Positions 17,930-26,728 of a DNA stretch of 64,000 bases are shown in pieces. The notes below the pieces were generated by a model that saw only the letters and a list, made by a program, of their open reading frames with translations, had not been told where the DNA came from and searched no databases. A program made the translations under genes and the position numbers. Position 1 is the stretch's first letter, and each line of letters opens with the position of its first letter. Source of the DNA: Bacteroidota bacterium (lineage in GTDB: Bacteria > Bacteroidota > Ignavibacteria > UBA10030 > SZUA-254); NCBI GenBank assembly GCA_035495255.1, contig DATJGD010000039.1:54677-118676 (forward strand). Reading direction: 5' to 3'.

Positions 17930-18244
17930 TCACGAGCCCTTCTCGACGATCTCGACCTGCCATGTTTCCAGCATCGAGGGGATCTGCTGCTGGAGTATTG
18001 GCGTCTTCTTTTCGACGAGTACCTTGATACAGGGGTTTCCGTTGCAATCCCCGATCGAGGTCCCCACCACTCCCTGAATCGTCATGAGATGCGGCCGGTT
18101 CTCCTGGAGCACCTCATCAATCGACTTGCTGGTGATGCGATGCTCGGGTTGGGGGTTTCCCTGGCATCCGCCGAGCAGAACGGCGAGCAAAAGAATCACG
18201 AGAATAAATAAAACCGGCTTCGCCAGATGGTGCGCACGGTTCAC
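17930..18244 (-). CDS. Small lipoprotein P2, paralogue of P1; propeptide-like. Start codon overlaps the metG stop.
   Basis: Lipobox LLGGC; …HLMTIQGVVGTSIGDCNGNPCIKVLVEKKTPILQQQIPSMLETWQVEIVEKG…; P1/P2 share the pattern HLM[ST]I.GV.G..[VI]G…PCI.V.V..KT……IP..LE…V.IVE.G. Confidence 0.55.
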   Translation of the reverse strand: MNRAHHLAKPVLFILVILLLAVLLGGCQGNPQPEHRITSKSIDEVLQENRPHLMTIQGVVGTSIGDCNGNPCIKVLVEKKTPILQQQIPSMLETWQVEIVEKGS

Positions 18245-20358
18245 TTCACCACGCTCCCCTCTTCAATGTCATCATCTCCCGTCAGGAACGTCAGCTTCCC
18301 CTCGCTGTTCGACGCGGCGAGAAGCATGCCTTGCGACTCCTGCCCCATGATTTTCGCGGGAGCCAGGTTAGCAACGACGACGATCTTTTTTCCGACGAGG
18401 TCCTCAGGGTTGTAATGCTGCGCAATGCCGGCAACGACCTGCCTGCGTTCGGATCCAAGGGATACCTGGAGTTTCAGAAGTTTATCCGATTTCGGAACCT
18501 TCTCCGCTTCGAGCACTTTCGCAATGCGAAAATCGAGCTTCCGGAAGTCGTCGATCGCGACTTGAGGTTTAAGGTCTGATCCGCCTTTCGCGGGTTCAGG
18601 CATCACTCCCTTGGCGTCAGGTTTCAGGTTTACGGATTCAGGATTTGTCATTGACGTACCGAGGTTGTCGACGTGCTTTTGAATGACATCGTCTTCGATT
18701 TTTGTGAACAAAATCTCCGGTTTACCCAGTGCATGACCGGCGTTCAACCCGAACGAGGATGCGCTCTCCCAGCCTGCGTCCTGAGGAACTCCCGAAAGTC
18801 CGAGCATATTCCAGATCTTTGCGGACGCAAAAGGGATCACCGGCTCCAACAAAATCGCAAGCGCCCGTGCCCCCTGCAGACATGTATTGATCGCGGCGGC
18901 ACATCGCTCAGGATGTTCTTTCAGCGCTTTCCACGGTTCCTGTGCGTCGAAATACTTATTGAGCGATCGTGCAACGTTCATGATCTCCAGTATTCCCTCA
19001 CGGAAGCGATACGCCTCAAATTTTTCCGATGCATTCACGGAAGCTTTATTGATGTCTTCACGGACTTGCGCGTCTTCAGCCGACGCCTTCCCCGCCGCCG
19101 GCACCTTTCCTTCAAAATTCTTGTGCGCGAACGTCAGCGTCCGGTTAACGAAATTGCCGAGGATATCGGCAAGCTCGTTGTTCGTCCGGGCCTGAAAGTC
19201 CTTCCAGTAAAAATCGGCATCGCGCGCTTCGGGCATGTTCATCGCGAGCATGTATCTCAGGGTATCTGCAGGAAACTCCGCAAGGAAGTCATCCACGTCA
19301 ATCCCCCATCCGCGGCTCTTGGAAAACTTCTGTCCCTGAAAATTGAGGAATTCATTTGCCGGCACGTTCTCGGGAAGGATGTACTGCTCTGATTTCCCCG
19401 AATTGTCGTTCCATGCCATAAGAATCGCAGGGAAGACAATGCAGTGAAACACCACGTTGTCCTTGCCGATGAACGCAACATACTTCGTATCCTTGTCCAG
19501 CCAGTATGTCTTCCAGTCGGCCTTATGAGCAGCGGCCCATTCCTTCGTCCCTGAAATGTAACCGAGAACTGCATCGAACCAGACATAGAGAACTTTGTGC
19601 TCAAAACCCTTCAGCGGAATTTTGACGCCCCACTCGAGATCGCGCGTCACTGCCCGGTCCTGTAATCCTTCTTTGAACCATCCGCGGCAATACTGCAAGA
19701 CGTTTTCCTTCCATCCATCCCGTTTATCGGCTGACGCAACGTACTCCTCGAGCCGGGCTCCATAAGCGCCCAAGGGAAAATAGAAATGCGTCGTCTCGCG
19801 GAGGACAGGTGTCTCACCCGTAATTTTGCTCTTGGGGTTGATGAGATCGGTCGGTTCGAGAAAAGTCCCGCACCGCTCACACTGGTCTCCGCGCGCATCC
19901 GGATTGCCGCATTTCGGGCAGGTCCCTTCGACATAGCGGTCCGGCAGGAACATCTTCGCCTTCCCGTCGTACAGCTGCTGCTGGCGTTTTTCCTTAAGAA
20001 TGCCCGCAGACTGAATTTTCAGGAAGAATTCCCGGGCGGTTTCATGATGAAGCGGCAGCGACGTCCGCGAATAATTGTCGAAACTCATTCCAAACTTCTC
20101 AAATGCCGCTTTATTCAGCGCGTGGTACTTGTCCACAACCGCCTGTGGCGTCGTTTTCTCCTGCTCCGCAGTAATGGTAATGGCGACGCCATGCTCGTCG
20201 GAACCGCAGACAAAGACGACATCCCGTTTCATCGAACGCAGGTACCGGACATAGATATCCGACGGAAGATACGCGCCCGCAAGATGGCCTAAATGGATCT
20301 TGCCGTTCGCATAGGGAAGCGCGGCAGTAACGAGATATCGTTTGAAGTTTACTTTCAC
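18241..20358 (-). CDS. metG: Methionine--tRNA ligase with C-terminal EMAP/tRNA-binding domain
   Basis: HIGH motif PYANGKIHLGHL; KMSKS-like FSKSRGWGI; Zn knuckle CPKCGNPDARGDQCERCG; C-terminal …AKIMGQESQGMLLAA…. Confidence 0.95.
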   Translation of the reverse strand: MKVNFKRYLVTAALPYANGKIHLGHLAGAYLPSDIYVRYLRSMKRDVVFVCGSDEHGVAITITAEQEKTTPQAVVDKYHALNKAAFEKFGMSFDNYSRTSLPLHHETAREFFLKIQSAGILKEKRQQQLYDGKAKMFLPDRYVEGTCPKCGNPDARGDQCERCGTFLEPTDLINPKSKITGETPVLRETTHFYFPLGAYGARLEEYVASADKRDGWKENVLQYCRGWFKEGLQDRAVTRDLEWGVKIPLKGFEHKVLYVWFDAVLGYISGTKEWAAAHKADWKTYWLDKDTKYVAFIGKDNVVFHCIVFPAILMAWNDNSGKSEQYILPENVPANEFLNFQGQKFSKSRGWGIDVDDFLAEFPADTLRYMLAMNMPEARDADFYWKDFQARTNNELADILGNFVNRTLTFAHKNFEGKVPAAGKASAEDAQVREDINKASVNASEKFEAYRFREGILEIMNVARSLNKYFDAQEPWKALKEHPERCAAAINTCLQGARALAILLEPVIPFASAKIWNMLGLSGVPQDAGWESASSFGLNAGHALGKPEILFTKIEDDVIQKHVDNLGTSMTNPESVNLKPDAKGVMPEPAKGGSDLKPQVAIDDFRKLDFRIAKVLEAEKVPKSDKLLKLQVSLGSERRQVVAGIAQHYNPEDLVGKKIVVVANLAPAKIMGQESQGMLLAASNSEGKLTFLTGDDDIEEGSVVK

Positions 20359-20378
20359 GGTACGTTAGAGTTTACACA

Positions 20379-21533
20379 TCAGGCTTCGACGCTGAGCGAC
20401 GAACGGCGGTCACGCGTCTGTTCGACGATAACAGCGCGCAATTCCAGCGCAAGTGATATCAGAACGAGCGGAATATACACATTTTTGTCGAGAAGCGAAA
20501 TCGCATATTCAAGCTTCTGAAACGACTGCTGGTAGTCGATCGCGGGATGATGCCGGAGAAATTTCTCCATCGTCTCCGCATTCACAACATCTTCTTTTTT
20601 CAGAATACCCTGGCCGTAGAGCATCGTCTCGCGCAGCCACGACTCCAGCAGTGTCAGCGCGCCCGCTATCTCATTCCGTTCCCGCTCCGCGACAAGCGTA
20701 TCGATTTCGTTGAGGAGCTCATGCGGTGGGCGGTACAGCGCAGACCGGAGGAATGAAACAGCCTCATCGTACCGTTCGCCCAGCTCCGCGTCTTTCAGAT
20801 CAAGCGCCCGGGAATAGCTGCCATTTGCGCATTTTGCGACCAGCTTTGCTTTTTCCGCGGGAAGCGATTCACGCTGTTTGAGCGCGTCGGCAACGTCGCC
20901 GTCGGCGAGGGGTCCGAACCGTACGTGCTGGCACCGTGAAATGATCGTCGGCAGGAGGCTGTCCGGCGAAGAGGTCGTAAGGATCAGCATCGTGTCGTCA
21001 TGCGGTTCTTCGAGCGTCTTGAGAAGCGCGTTCGCCCCCTCATCGGCCAGATAATCGGCATCAAGAACGACAAATACTCTTCTCCCCTTGTCGAACATCG
21101 ACATTGAAGATTCGGTGCGGATGTCCCGGATGCTGTTCACCTTGATGGTGTTGGCTTTCGGGAGAAATATCTTATGGTAAAGATTTTCACTTTTCAGCCG
21201 CAGCTCTTCCTGGATTGAAGCTATATCGTCGTCGGAAAGCTTCACGTACGGGTCATCGCCGTATTTTTCATTCTTGCCGACGGGAAGCGGGAAGACAAGA
21301 TGAAGGTTCGGATGCTGCAGGGACTGCATTTTGAGGCAGCTCGAACAGCGGCCGCAGGCGTCCGGCCCGCTCTGTTCGCAATTTATGACCTTTGCGAGCT
21401 CAATCGCCATCGCCGATTTACCTGTCCCCGCGGCGCCGGAAAACAGATACGCATGGGCCAGCCGGTTGCTCGCGACCGCGGAGCGGAGCACCTGCTTGAT
21501 GCGGGACTGTCCGATGATACTATCCCAACTCAT
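20379..21533 (-). CDS. holB: DNA polymerase III delta-prime subunit (clamp-loader AAA+ protein)
   Basis: Walker A AYLFSGAAGTGKS; Zn module CGRCSSC; SRC motif …TIISRCQHVRF; 384 aa. Confidence 0.8.
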   Translation of the reverse strand: MSWDSIIGQSRIKQVLRSAVASNRLAHAYLFSGAAGTGKSAMAIELAKVINCEQSGPDACGRCSSCLKMQSLQHPNLHLVFPLPVGKNEKYGDDPYVKLSDDDIASIQEELRLKSENLYHKIFLPKANTIKVNSIRDIRTESSMSMFDKGRRVFVVLDADYLADEGANALLKTLEEPHDDTMLILTTSSPDSLLPTIISRCQHVRFGPLADGDVADALKQRESLPAEKAKLVAKCANGSYSRALDLKDAELGERYDEAVSFLRSALYRPPHELLNEIDTLVAERERNEIAGALTLLESWLRETMLYGQGILKKEDVVNAETMEKFLRHHPAIDYQQSFQKLEYAISLLDKNVYIPLVLISLALELRAVIVEQTRDRRSSLSVEA

Positions 21534-21536
21534 ACG

Positions 21537-23912
21537 CTAAAATGCATGGCCGATGCCGATATGGAAGACGGCGTTTGTCAGTGTTTCGCCGAGAAATTGT
21601 TTTTGAAAAATCGTCTGATGCCCGGGGTATTCTTTCGGATCGTAGACACGGAAACCGTAGTCGAGCCGGAACGGGCCGAAAAAGGTCTCGTAGCGGATTC
21701 CTATGCCTGCGGCCATCGCGATCTGCTTCGGCTTGAAATCCGAAATATCTCCCCACACATTTCCAAAGTCAAAAAAGTAGACCGCCCAGAGATTTTCGAG
21801 ATTGATGAATCCGGCCTTTCCGAATCCCCGAAAATGGTGGACGCGCAGCTCGGCGCTTCCTTCCAATATAAAATTTCCTCCGAATTGCAGGAACTCGTCG
21901 GACATCGCGCCGAGATCCCGCGCCTTCCAGCCACGCACGCTGCCGCTTCCCCCCGCAAAAAACCGGCGATTCAGAGGAATGCTTACCGGAAGATAGCGGC
22001 TTTCGCCGTACTTATCCTGGTATCCCCCCTTCATCTTCAGCGCCAGAATATTGAACTTCGTGGATGTCAGATCGTAATACAACCGTTCGAACAGTGTCAC
22101 CTTGTAGTATTGTGTAAACGGCAGGCCTGAGACGAACCCCGGAAACAGCTTCGGAAGGATGCCCGATTCTTCCAGGGAGATGCTGTTGAAAAACCCCGAG
22201 GTCGGAGAAAAGATGTCGTTGGTTTTGTCCCTCTGAAGCGTGAATGTGATAATCGAGTTGAACTGCGGCTGGTTCGCTTCGGAAATCTGCTGCTGGGCAT
22301 TCGGGAATTGCGTCGTATCGACAAGCAGCTCAGGATTAATGCGCTCGAGCGTCCAATCGAAGAATCCATACGTGTACGTCGCGAACCGGTTGCTCAACCC
22401 CATCTTGTTTCTCAGTATCGAGAGGAGAATGTAGGGAGTGAGCTTCTCGGCGCTTATGGAAGAGGTCCATGAACCGCTGAGCGTACGAGTGAATAAATAC
22501 GGCTGGAGGACCTGAAATTCCAGGCTCACCGCCCCAATGACGGTCGTATCGCGCAGCCCCTTTCCCTGAAAGAGCTCCCGGATCGTTTGTGTCCGCCCGC
22601 GCACGCGCGCGGAAAAGGTCCGGGCGTCGCCGAAGAAATTGTGATTCGTGTATCCGAGCCCCAACCCGAGATTAAAGGCGTTGTTTTCATCCGAAGCGAG
22701 GATCTCGGGAGACAGTTCGTTTCTCGGTCTTGGATGAACTGTCACGAGCATCGGAATCGCAGGCGTTGAAGGGCCGGCATGTTCCGCGGTGTGGCCGGTC
22801 CTCGCGGCAATGTCGCCGCTGTCCTTTATCGCACGGGCAGTGCTGTCGACAGCGAAAGATTTCACAGTATCGTTCGAAGCGGCTTTACTACTATCCATTG
22901 CCGCGGACCTCACGCTGTCCCGTGCGGCGGATTTTGTGCTGTCGCTCAGCGTATCCACCGTCGCCGTCTCGAACAGATCGAGCCTGTTAAGATTCGATTC
23001 GCTGCTTGCCATTTTTTCGCGGCTGTAGATGTCGCCCGGCTTAAAATCGAGTTCGCGGACAGCAAGGTTATCGGTGATGTCCTCGCGGGGCGGGTTCACC
23101 CGGACCGCGACCTCTCCGAAGGTGCGCAGCTGGCCCGTGTTGAACACATACTTCAGCATGAAATTATTCGTCGAGGCATAGCGCACCGCCTTCGAGCTGT
23201 CCCGGTCGAGACCGGCAAAGGGGTAACCATTGTTGCCGAGGATCGTGATGACCCGGCTGATTTCGGCGGAAGCTTTGTCGCTCTCGTACGGCATGCCGTG
23301 CTGGAGAATCGGTTCCTTGAATATTTTTTCCGAGATATCCTGCGAGACATTGCTGAGGCCGCGGTAGATGACTGTGTCGATCAACGACCGCTTGTTTTCC
23401 TGTATGGAATAGAAGATATCCACCCTGCGACTGCTCGTATCGACGGTGAATGTATCGGTGATGGCGGTCTGGTAAAATCCCTGCCGCTGGTAAAATTCGG
23501 TGAGACGGACGCGGTCGGCTTCGTGCGTAAAGTTATCGAAGTATTCGGGCTTCGATCCGAGTTTTTCGCCGAATGTCCGGTAGAGAAATTTGGAAAATCC
23601 GCCCGGGGTTTCTTTCAGGATAATGGCGTTCCGCAGAGCATCGCTGTCGAATGTTTCATTCCCCTTGAACTCGATCGCATTGATTTCATAGGTCGAAGGG
23701 GGAAGGTCGGGATGCTGCGCGACGGCGGCGAGGTGAAGAGCAAACACCAGGAACAACAACCGGAGGAGGCCCCCGGCGCGCAGGCGGGCTAGAACAAAAA
23801 AACCCTTCTCAGAAGCGATGAAGAAGGGATTTGTTGAACAATGAAATGCAGCAGCAAGACCATTCGCATCGCGCACCGTTTTCGGGGGATGCGGCAATAG
23901 GTTACGAGACAA
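21537..23912 (-). CDS. bamA: Outer-membrane protein assembly factor BamA/Omp85 (POTRA domains + C-terminal 16-strand barrel) with a low-complexity repeat insertion
   Basis: POTRA-like repeats; barrel ending …VFHIGIGHAF; insert res ~318-375 (DSTKSAARDSVRSAAMDSSKAASNDTVKSFAVDSTARAIKDSGD). True start uncertain (signal peptide h-region LLRLLFLVFALHLAAVAQ; possible non-ATG start). Confidence 0.85.
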   Translation of the reverse strand: MSRNLLPHPPKTVRDANGLAAAFHCSTNPFFIASEKGFFVLARLRAGGLLRLLFLVFALHLAAVAQHPDLPPSTYEINAIEFKGNETFDSDALRNAIILKETPGGFSKFLYRTFGEKLGSKPEYFDNFTHEADRVRLTEFYQRQGFYQTAITDTFTVDTSSRRVDIFYSIQENKRSLIDTVIYRGLSNVSQDISEKIFKEPILQHGMPYESDKASAEISRVITILGNNGYPFAGLDRDSSKAVRYASTNNFMLKYVFNTGQLRTFGEVAVRVNPPREDITDNLAVRELDFKPGDIYSREKMASSESNLNRLDLFETATVDTLSDSTKSAARDSVRSAAMDSSKAASNDTVKSFAVDSTARAIKDSGDIAARTGHTAEHAGPSTPAIPMLVTVHPRPRNELSPEILASDENNAFNLGLGLGYTNHNFFGDARTFSARVRGRTQTIRELFQGKGLRDTTVIGAVSLEFQVLQPYLFTRTLSGSWTSSISAEKLTPYILLSILRNKMGLSNRFATYTYGFFDWTLERINPELLVDTTQFPNAQQQISEANQPQFNSIITFTLQRDKTNDIFSPTSGFFNSISLEESGILPKLFPGFVSGLPFTQYYKVTLFERLYYDLTSTKFNILALKMKGGYQDKYGESRYLPVSIPLNRRFFAGGSGSVRGWKARDLGAMSDEFLQFGGNFILEGSAELRVHHFRGFGKAGFINLENLWAVYFFDFGNVWGDISDFKPKQIAMAAGIGIRYETFFGPFRLDYGFRVYDPKEYPGHQTIFQKQFLGETLTNAVFHIGIGHAF
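22788..22961 (-). repeat. Tandem, imperfect ~21-nt coding repeats inside bamA (D-S-x-K/R-S/A-A heptads)
   Basis: Repeated …gctgtcg/gctgtcc… units on the plus strand; encode the low-complexity insert between the POTRA region and the barrel. Confidence 0.6.
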
Positions 23913-23923
23913 GATGATGACGA

Positions 23924-24148
23924 TTAATATTCACTTTCATCTTCGAAAAAGAAATCTCCATCCGTCGGATAATCGGGCCAGATGTCTTCCATACTCTCAT
24001 AGGGCTCTTCGGCGTCTTCAAGTTCCTGAAGATTATCCACAACCTCAACGGGGGCACCCGTCCGAATGGCATAATCGATGAGCTCCTCCTTCGTTGCAGG
24101 CCATGGAGCATCGTCGAGATAGGAAGCAAGCTCCATCGTCCAGATCAT
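23924..24148 (-). CDS. Small acidic protein, DUF2795-like
   Basis: 74 aa, …ELASYLDDAPWPATKEELIDYAIRTGAPVEVVDNLQEL… then acidic tail; directly upstream of bamA on the same strand. Confidence 0.45.
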   Translation of the reverse strand: MIWTMELASYLDDAPWPATKEELIDYAIRTGAPVEVVDNLQELEDAEEPYESMEDIWPDYPTDGDFFFEDESEY

Positions 24149-24245
24149 AGTATATTCCTCATCTTGGTATTACTTAAACGAATAACGGAATCCATGCTCG
24201 AAAAGTTCTCCGATAGAAATAGAAATACAGGGAGATAAAAGGTGA

Positions 24246-25253
24246 TTAACGGGACGCGAGGCCGCTGCGGTAGTCTTTCGGGTTAAGATCATCAAAGAAG
24301 AAGTCGACGGGATTCTTGCACAAGCCTTTGTACCGCACTTCATAATGCAGATGCGGTCCGCTGACAAGGCCTGTCTTACCGCTCTTCGCGATAAGATCTC
24401 CGCGCCGGACCCGCTGCCCCTCGTGAACAAGAACTTTCGATAGGTGCGCATACAGCGTCTGATAATCATACCCGTGATCGATGACGACCATGGTGCCGTA
24501 TCCGCCGCCGCTCTGGCCGGCCATAGTGATAACGCCGTCTCCCGAGGCGTACACCGGCGTGCCGACGTCGTTGATAATATCCAATCCTTCATGTGTTTTG
24601 AATATTCCCAGCACCGGATGCATCCGCAATCCGAACCCGTTCGTAGAGTAAAAACCATCCATCGGTTTCAGGGCCGGCAGGGCTGAAAAATAACCTTTAT
24701 TGAACTCATACTTGTTGACGATCTCCGCGTAGCTCTGCTGCTGGACCTTGATCTCTCCGTTGAGCTTCTGGAGCGCCGAAAGGGTCGACTGAAGCACCCC
24801 GGCTTCCTCAGCTGAACTGAGGTTAAACTCGGGCTGCTGGACCGCGCCGCCGGTACCGGCAGAAGTGATATCCTTGCCAATCTGAGGAAGATCGACGACG
24901 AGGCGCAAATGGTTTCCGTCGGTCCCAAGTTTATCGACCGACGAGTTGAGATCCTCAATCTTTGATTTCAGGCCGGCGAGCTGCTGCTGGAGCAATTCGT
25001 TATCGTGCGTGAGCGCCTGGACACGGTCATAGCCGAGGCCGAGGGGATCATGCGCAAAACGGTTAATGGAAAGTACTCCCGTCAGAATGAGGACGACGGC
25101 GACGATAATAGAAATGGCGATCTTGAGGCGAATCCATTTCACCTCGGAGAGCTGCATCCGATCGTCGGCGCGATAATATTTGGGACGTTTGATAATCAAT
25201 GGGATAGAATGATACAAGTAAATATTGCCTTGAAAACCCGCTCGAAGGTACAA
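24246..25253 (-). CDS. M23-family metalloendopeptidase (murein DD-endopeptidase-like) with TM anchor and coiled coil; probable start MQLSEVKWIRL at ~25157
   Basis: HEGLDI…; …GQSGGGYGTMVVIDHGYDYQTLYAHLSKVLVHEGQRVRRGDLIAKSGKTGLVSGPHLHYEVRYKG (HxxxD / HxH M23 motifs). Confidence 0.8.
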   Translation of the reverse strand: MYLRAGFQGNIYLYHSIPLIIKRPKYYRADDRMQLSEVKWIRLKIAISIIVAVVLILTGVLSINRFAHDPLGLGYDRVQALTHDNELLQQQLAGLKSKIEDLNSSVDKLGTDGNHLRLVVDLPQIGKDITSAGTGGAVQQPEFNLSSAEEAGVLQSTLSALQKLNGEIKVQQQSYAEIVNKYEFNKGYFSALPALKPMDGFYSTNGFGLRMHPVLGIFKTHEGLDIINDVGTPVYASGDGVITMAGQSGGGYGTMVVIDHGYDYQTLYAHLSKVLVHEGQRVRRGDLIAKSGKTGLVSGPHLHYEVRYKGLCKNPVDFFFDDLNPKDYRSGLASR

Positions 25254-25340
25254 TTTACCTGTTAAATGATTGGCTCAAAAGTAAACAAATTTTAGCTTTT
25301 TGTCAAGAGATTTTTTTGGAGCGGTGACAGGTGCGGTTTC

Positions 25341-26354
25341 TCACTCGAAGTCGTGCTCAAAATAGTCGATGGCGCGCTCGCCAATGTGCTTGCTCTTTTC
25401 CGATATAACAGCCTCAAGGCGCTTGGTAAACTCTTTTGCCGCGTCATATCCGTAATGTTTGAGCAGATAATTAAGCGCGATGACTTCGCAGATCACTGTA
25501 ACGTTCTTGCCCGGAAAGATCGGCAACTGAACATGGGGGATCTGCACATCAAGGATGCCGATACCTTCATCATCGAGCCCCGTCCGGGTGTAATCCTCGT
25601 CAGGATGCCATTCCATAAGCTCGACGACGAGCTCGACGCGTTTCTGAAACCTGATGGCGCGGATGCCGAACATACTCCGGACGTCGATCAGTCCCAGACC
25701 GCGGATTTCCATGAAGTGCTTTACCAGGTCGGTACCCGCACCCATGAGAATGCCTTCCCCCTTGCGGGTAATCATAACGACGTCGTCGGCAACGAGCCGG
25801 TGGCCGCGCTCGACGAGGTCAAGGGCGATCTCGCTCTTGCCGATTCCCGACCGCCCTGTGAGCAGAAGGCCGACACCGTAGACATCGACAAAGGAACCGT
25901 GAACGACAGTTTGCGGAGAGAACTGATCGTCAAGAAAATCACTGAGAATGTAGATGAATTTCGTCGTCTCGAACGACGACTGAAAGAGGGGAATCTTCCT
26001 CTCCCTGGCGATCCGCAGGAGCGTTTCGTCGACCGGGTTATCGTTCGTTATGAAGACGCATGGAATATCGAACTGGAAGACCGTCTCGAGAGAACGTGTG
26101 CGTTGTTCCTGATCGAGATGTTCGAGATACCGCATTTCGGTGTTCCCGAAAATCTGAATCCGGTCGTAGCGGAACAACTGCACATAGCCGGCGAGCGCGA
26201 GCCCGGGACGGTGAATGTTCTTGTCGTTGATCTCCTTCGAAAATCCCGCGTCGCCCGTCAACGAGGTGAGCTTCAGGCGCGCCTTGTTCGATTCGAAGAG
26301 AAACCCGAGCGTAATGCTCCCCTTCCTCGTCTCCTTTGTCTTCTTGATCGTCAT
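25341..26354 (-). CDS. hprK: HPr kinase/phosphorylase
   Basis: P-loop GVGLLLTGRSGIGKSEIALDLVERGHRLVADD; 337 aa; overlaps hpf by 4 nt. Confidence 0.9.
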   Translation of the reverse strand: MTIKKTKETRKGSITLGFLFESNKARLKLTSLTGDAGFSKEINDKNIHRPGLALAGYVQLFRYDRIQIFGNTEMRYLEHLDQEQRTRSLETVFQFDIPCVFITNDNPVDETLLRIARERKIPLFQSSFETTKFIYILSDFLDDQFSPQTVVHGSFVDVYGVGLLLTGRSGIGKSEIALDLVERGHRLVADDVVMITRKGEGILMGAGTDLVKHFMEIRGLGLIDVRSMFGIRAIRFQKRVELVVELMEWHPDEDYTRTGLDDEGIGILDVQIPHVQLPIFPGKNVTVICEVIALNYLLKHYGYDAAKEFTKRLEAVISEKSKHIGERAIDYFEHDFE

Positions 26355-26710
26355 TCATTCTCTCCGGAGACCTCTTCCGCCGCGCCTTCTTTCACTTTTC
26401 GCAGCGTTTTTCTGTTCTTCAAATGGATCTTCGTTTTGTATTTTTCGAGCTGGCGCTCGATCTTCCCCAGGGCGAGGTCGATAGACTTGGCGAATTCTTC
26501 CGAACGTTCCTTCGCCGCAAGCACGGCGCCATGGACATGAAGGTTGATTTCGACAACTTTGACGCTCTGCGAGGAGCGTTCGTAGCTCAGGATAACATCG
26601 GTTCGAAGAATCCCGTCATAGTATTTTCCAAGCTTTTTCACAGATGCAATCGCGTCGTCGCGCACTTCTTTCCGGGCCCTGAATTTTCTTGCGGTGACAT
26701 GGATTTCCAT
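26351..26710 (-). CDS. hpf: Ribosome hibernation-promoting factor (RaiA/HPF family, short form)
   Basis: MEIHVTARKFRARKEVRDDAIASVKKLGKYYDGILRTDVILSYE… S30AE-family fold; 119 aa. Confidence 0.85.
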   Translation of the reverse strand: MEIHVTARKFRARKEVRDDAIASVKKLGKYYDGILRTDVILSYERSSQSVKVVEINLHVHGAVLAAKERSEEFAKSIDLALGKIERQLEKYKTKIHLKNRKTLRKVKEGAAEEVSGENE

Positions 26711-26728
26711 ACTGATGCTCCTTTCTCA

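Noticed and set aside
22788-22961. Direct repeats in bamA and in the PDZ gene (41758..41811) as CRISPR or mobile repeats
   Set aside because: They are short in-frame coding repeats producing low-complexity peptides. There are no spacers of unique sequence and no cas genes.
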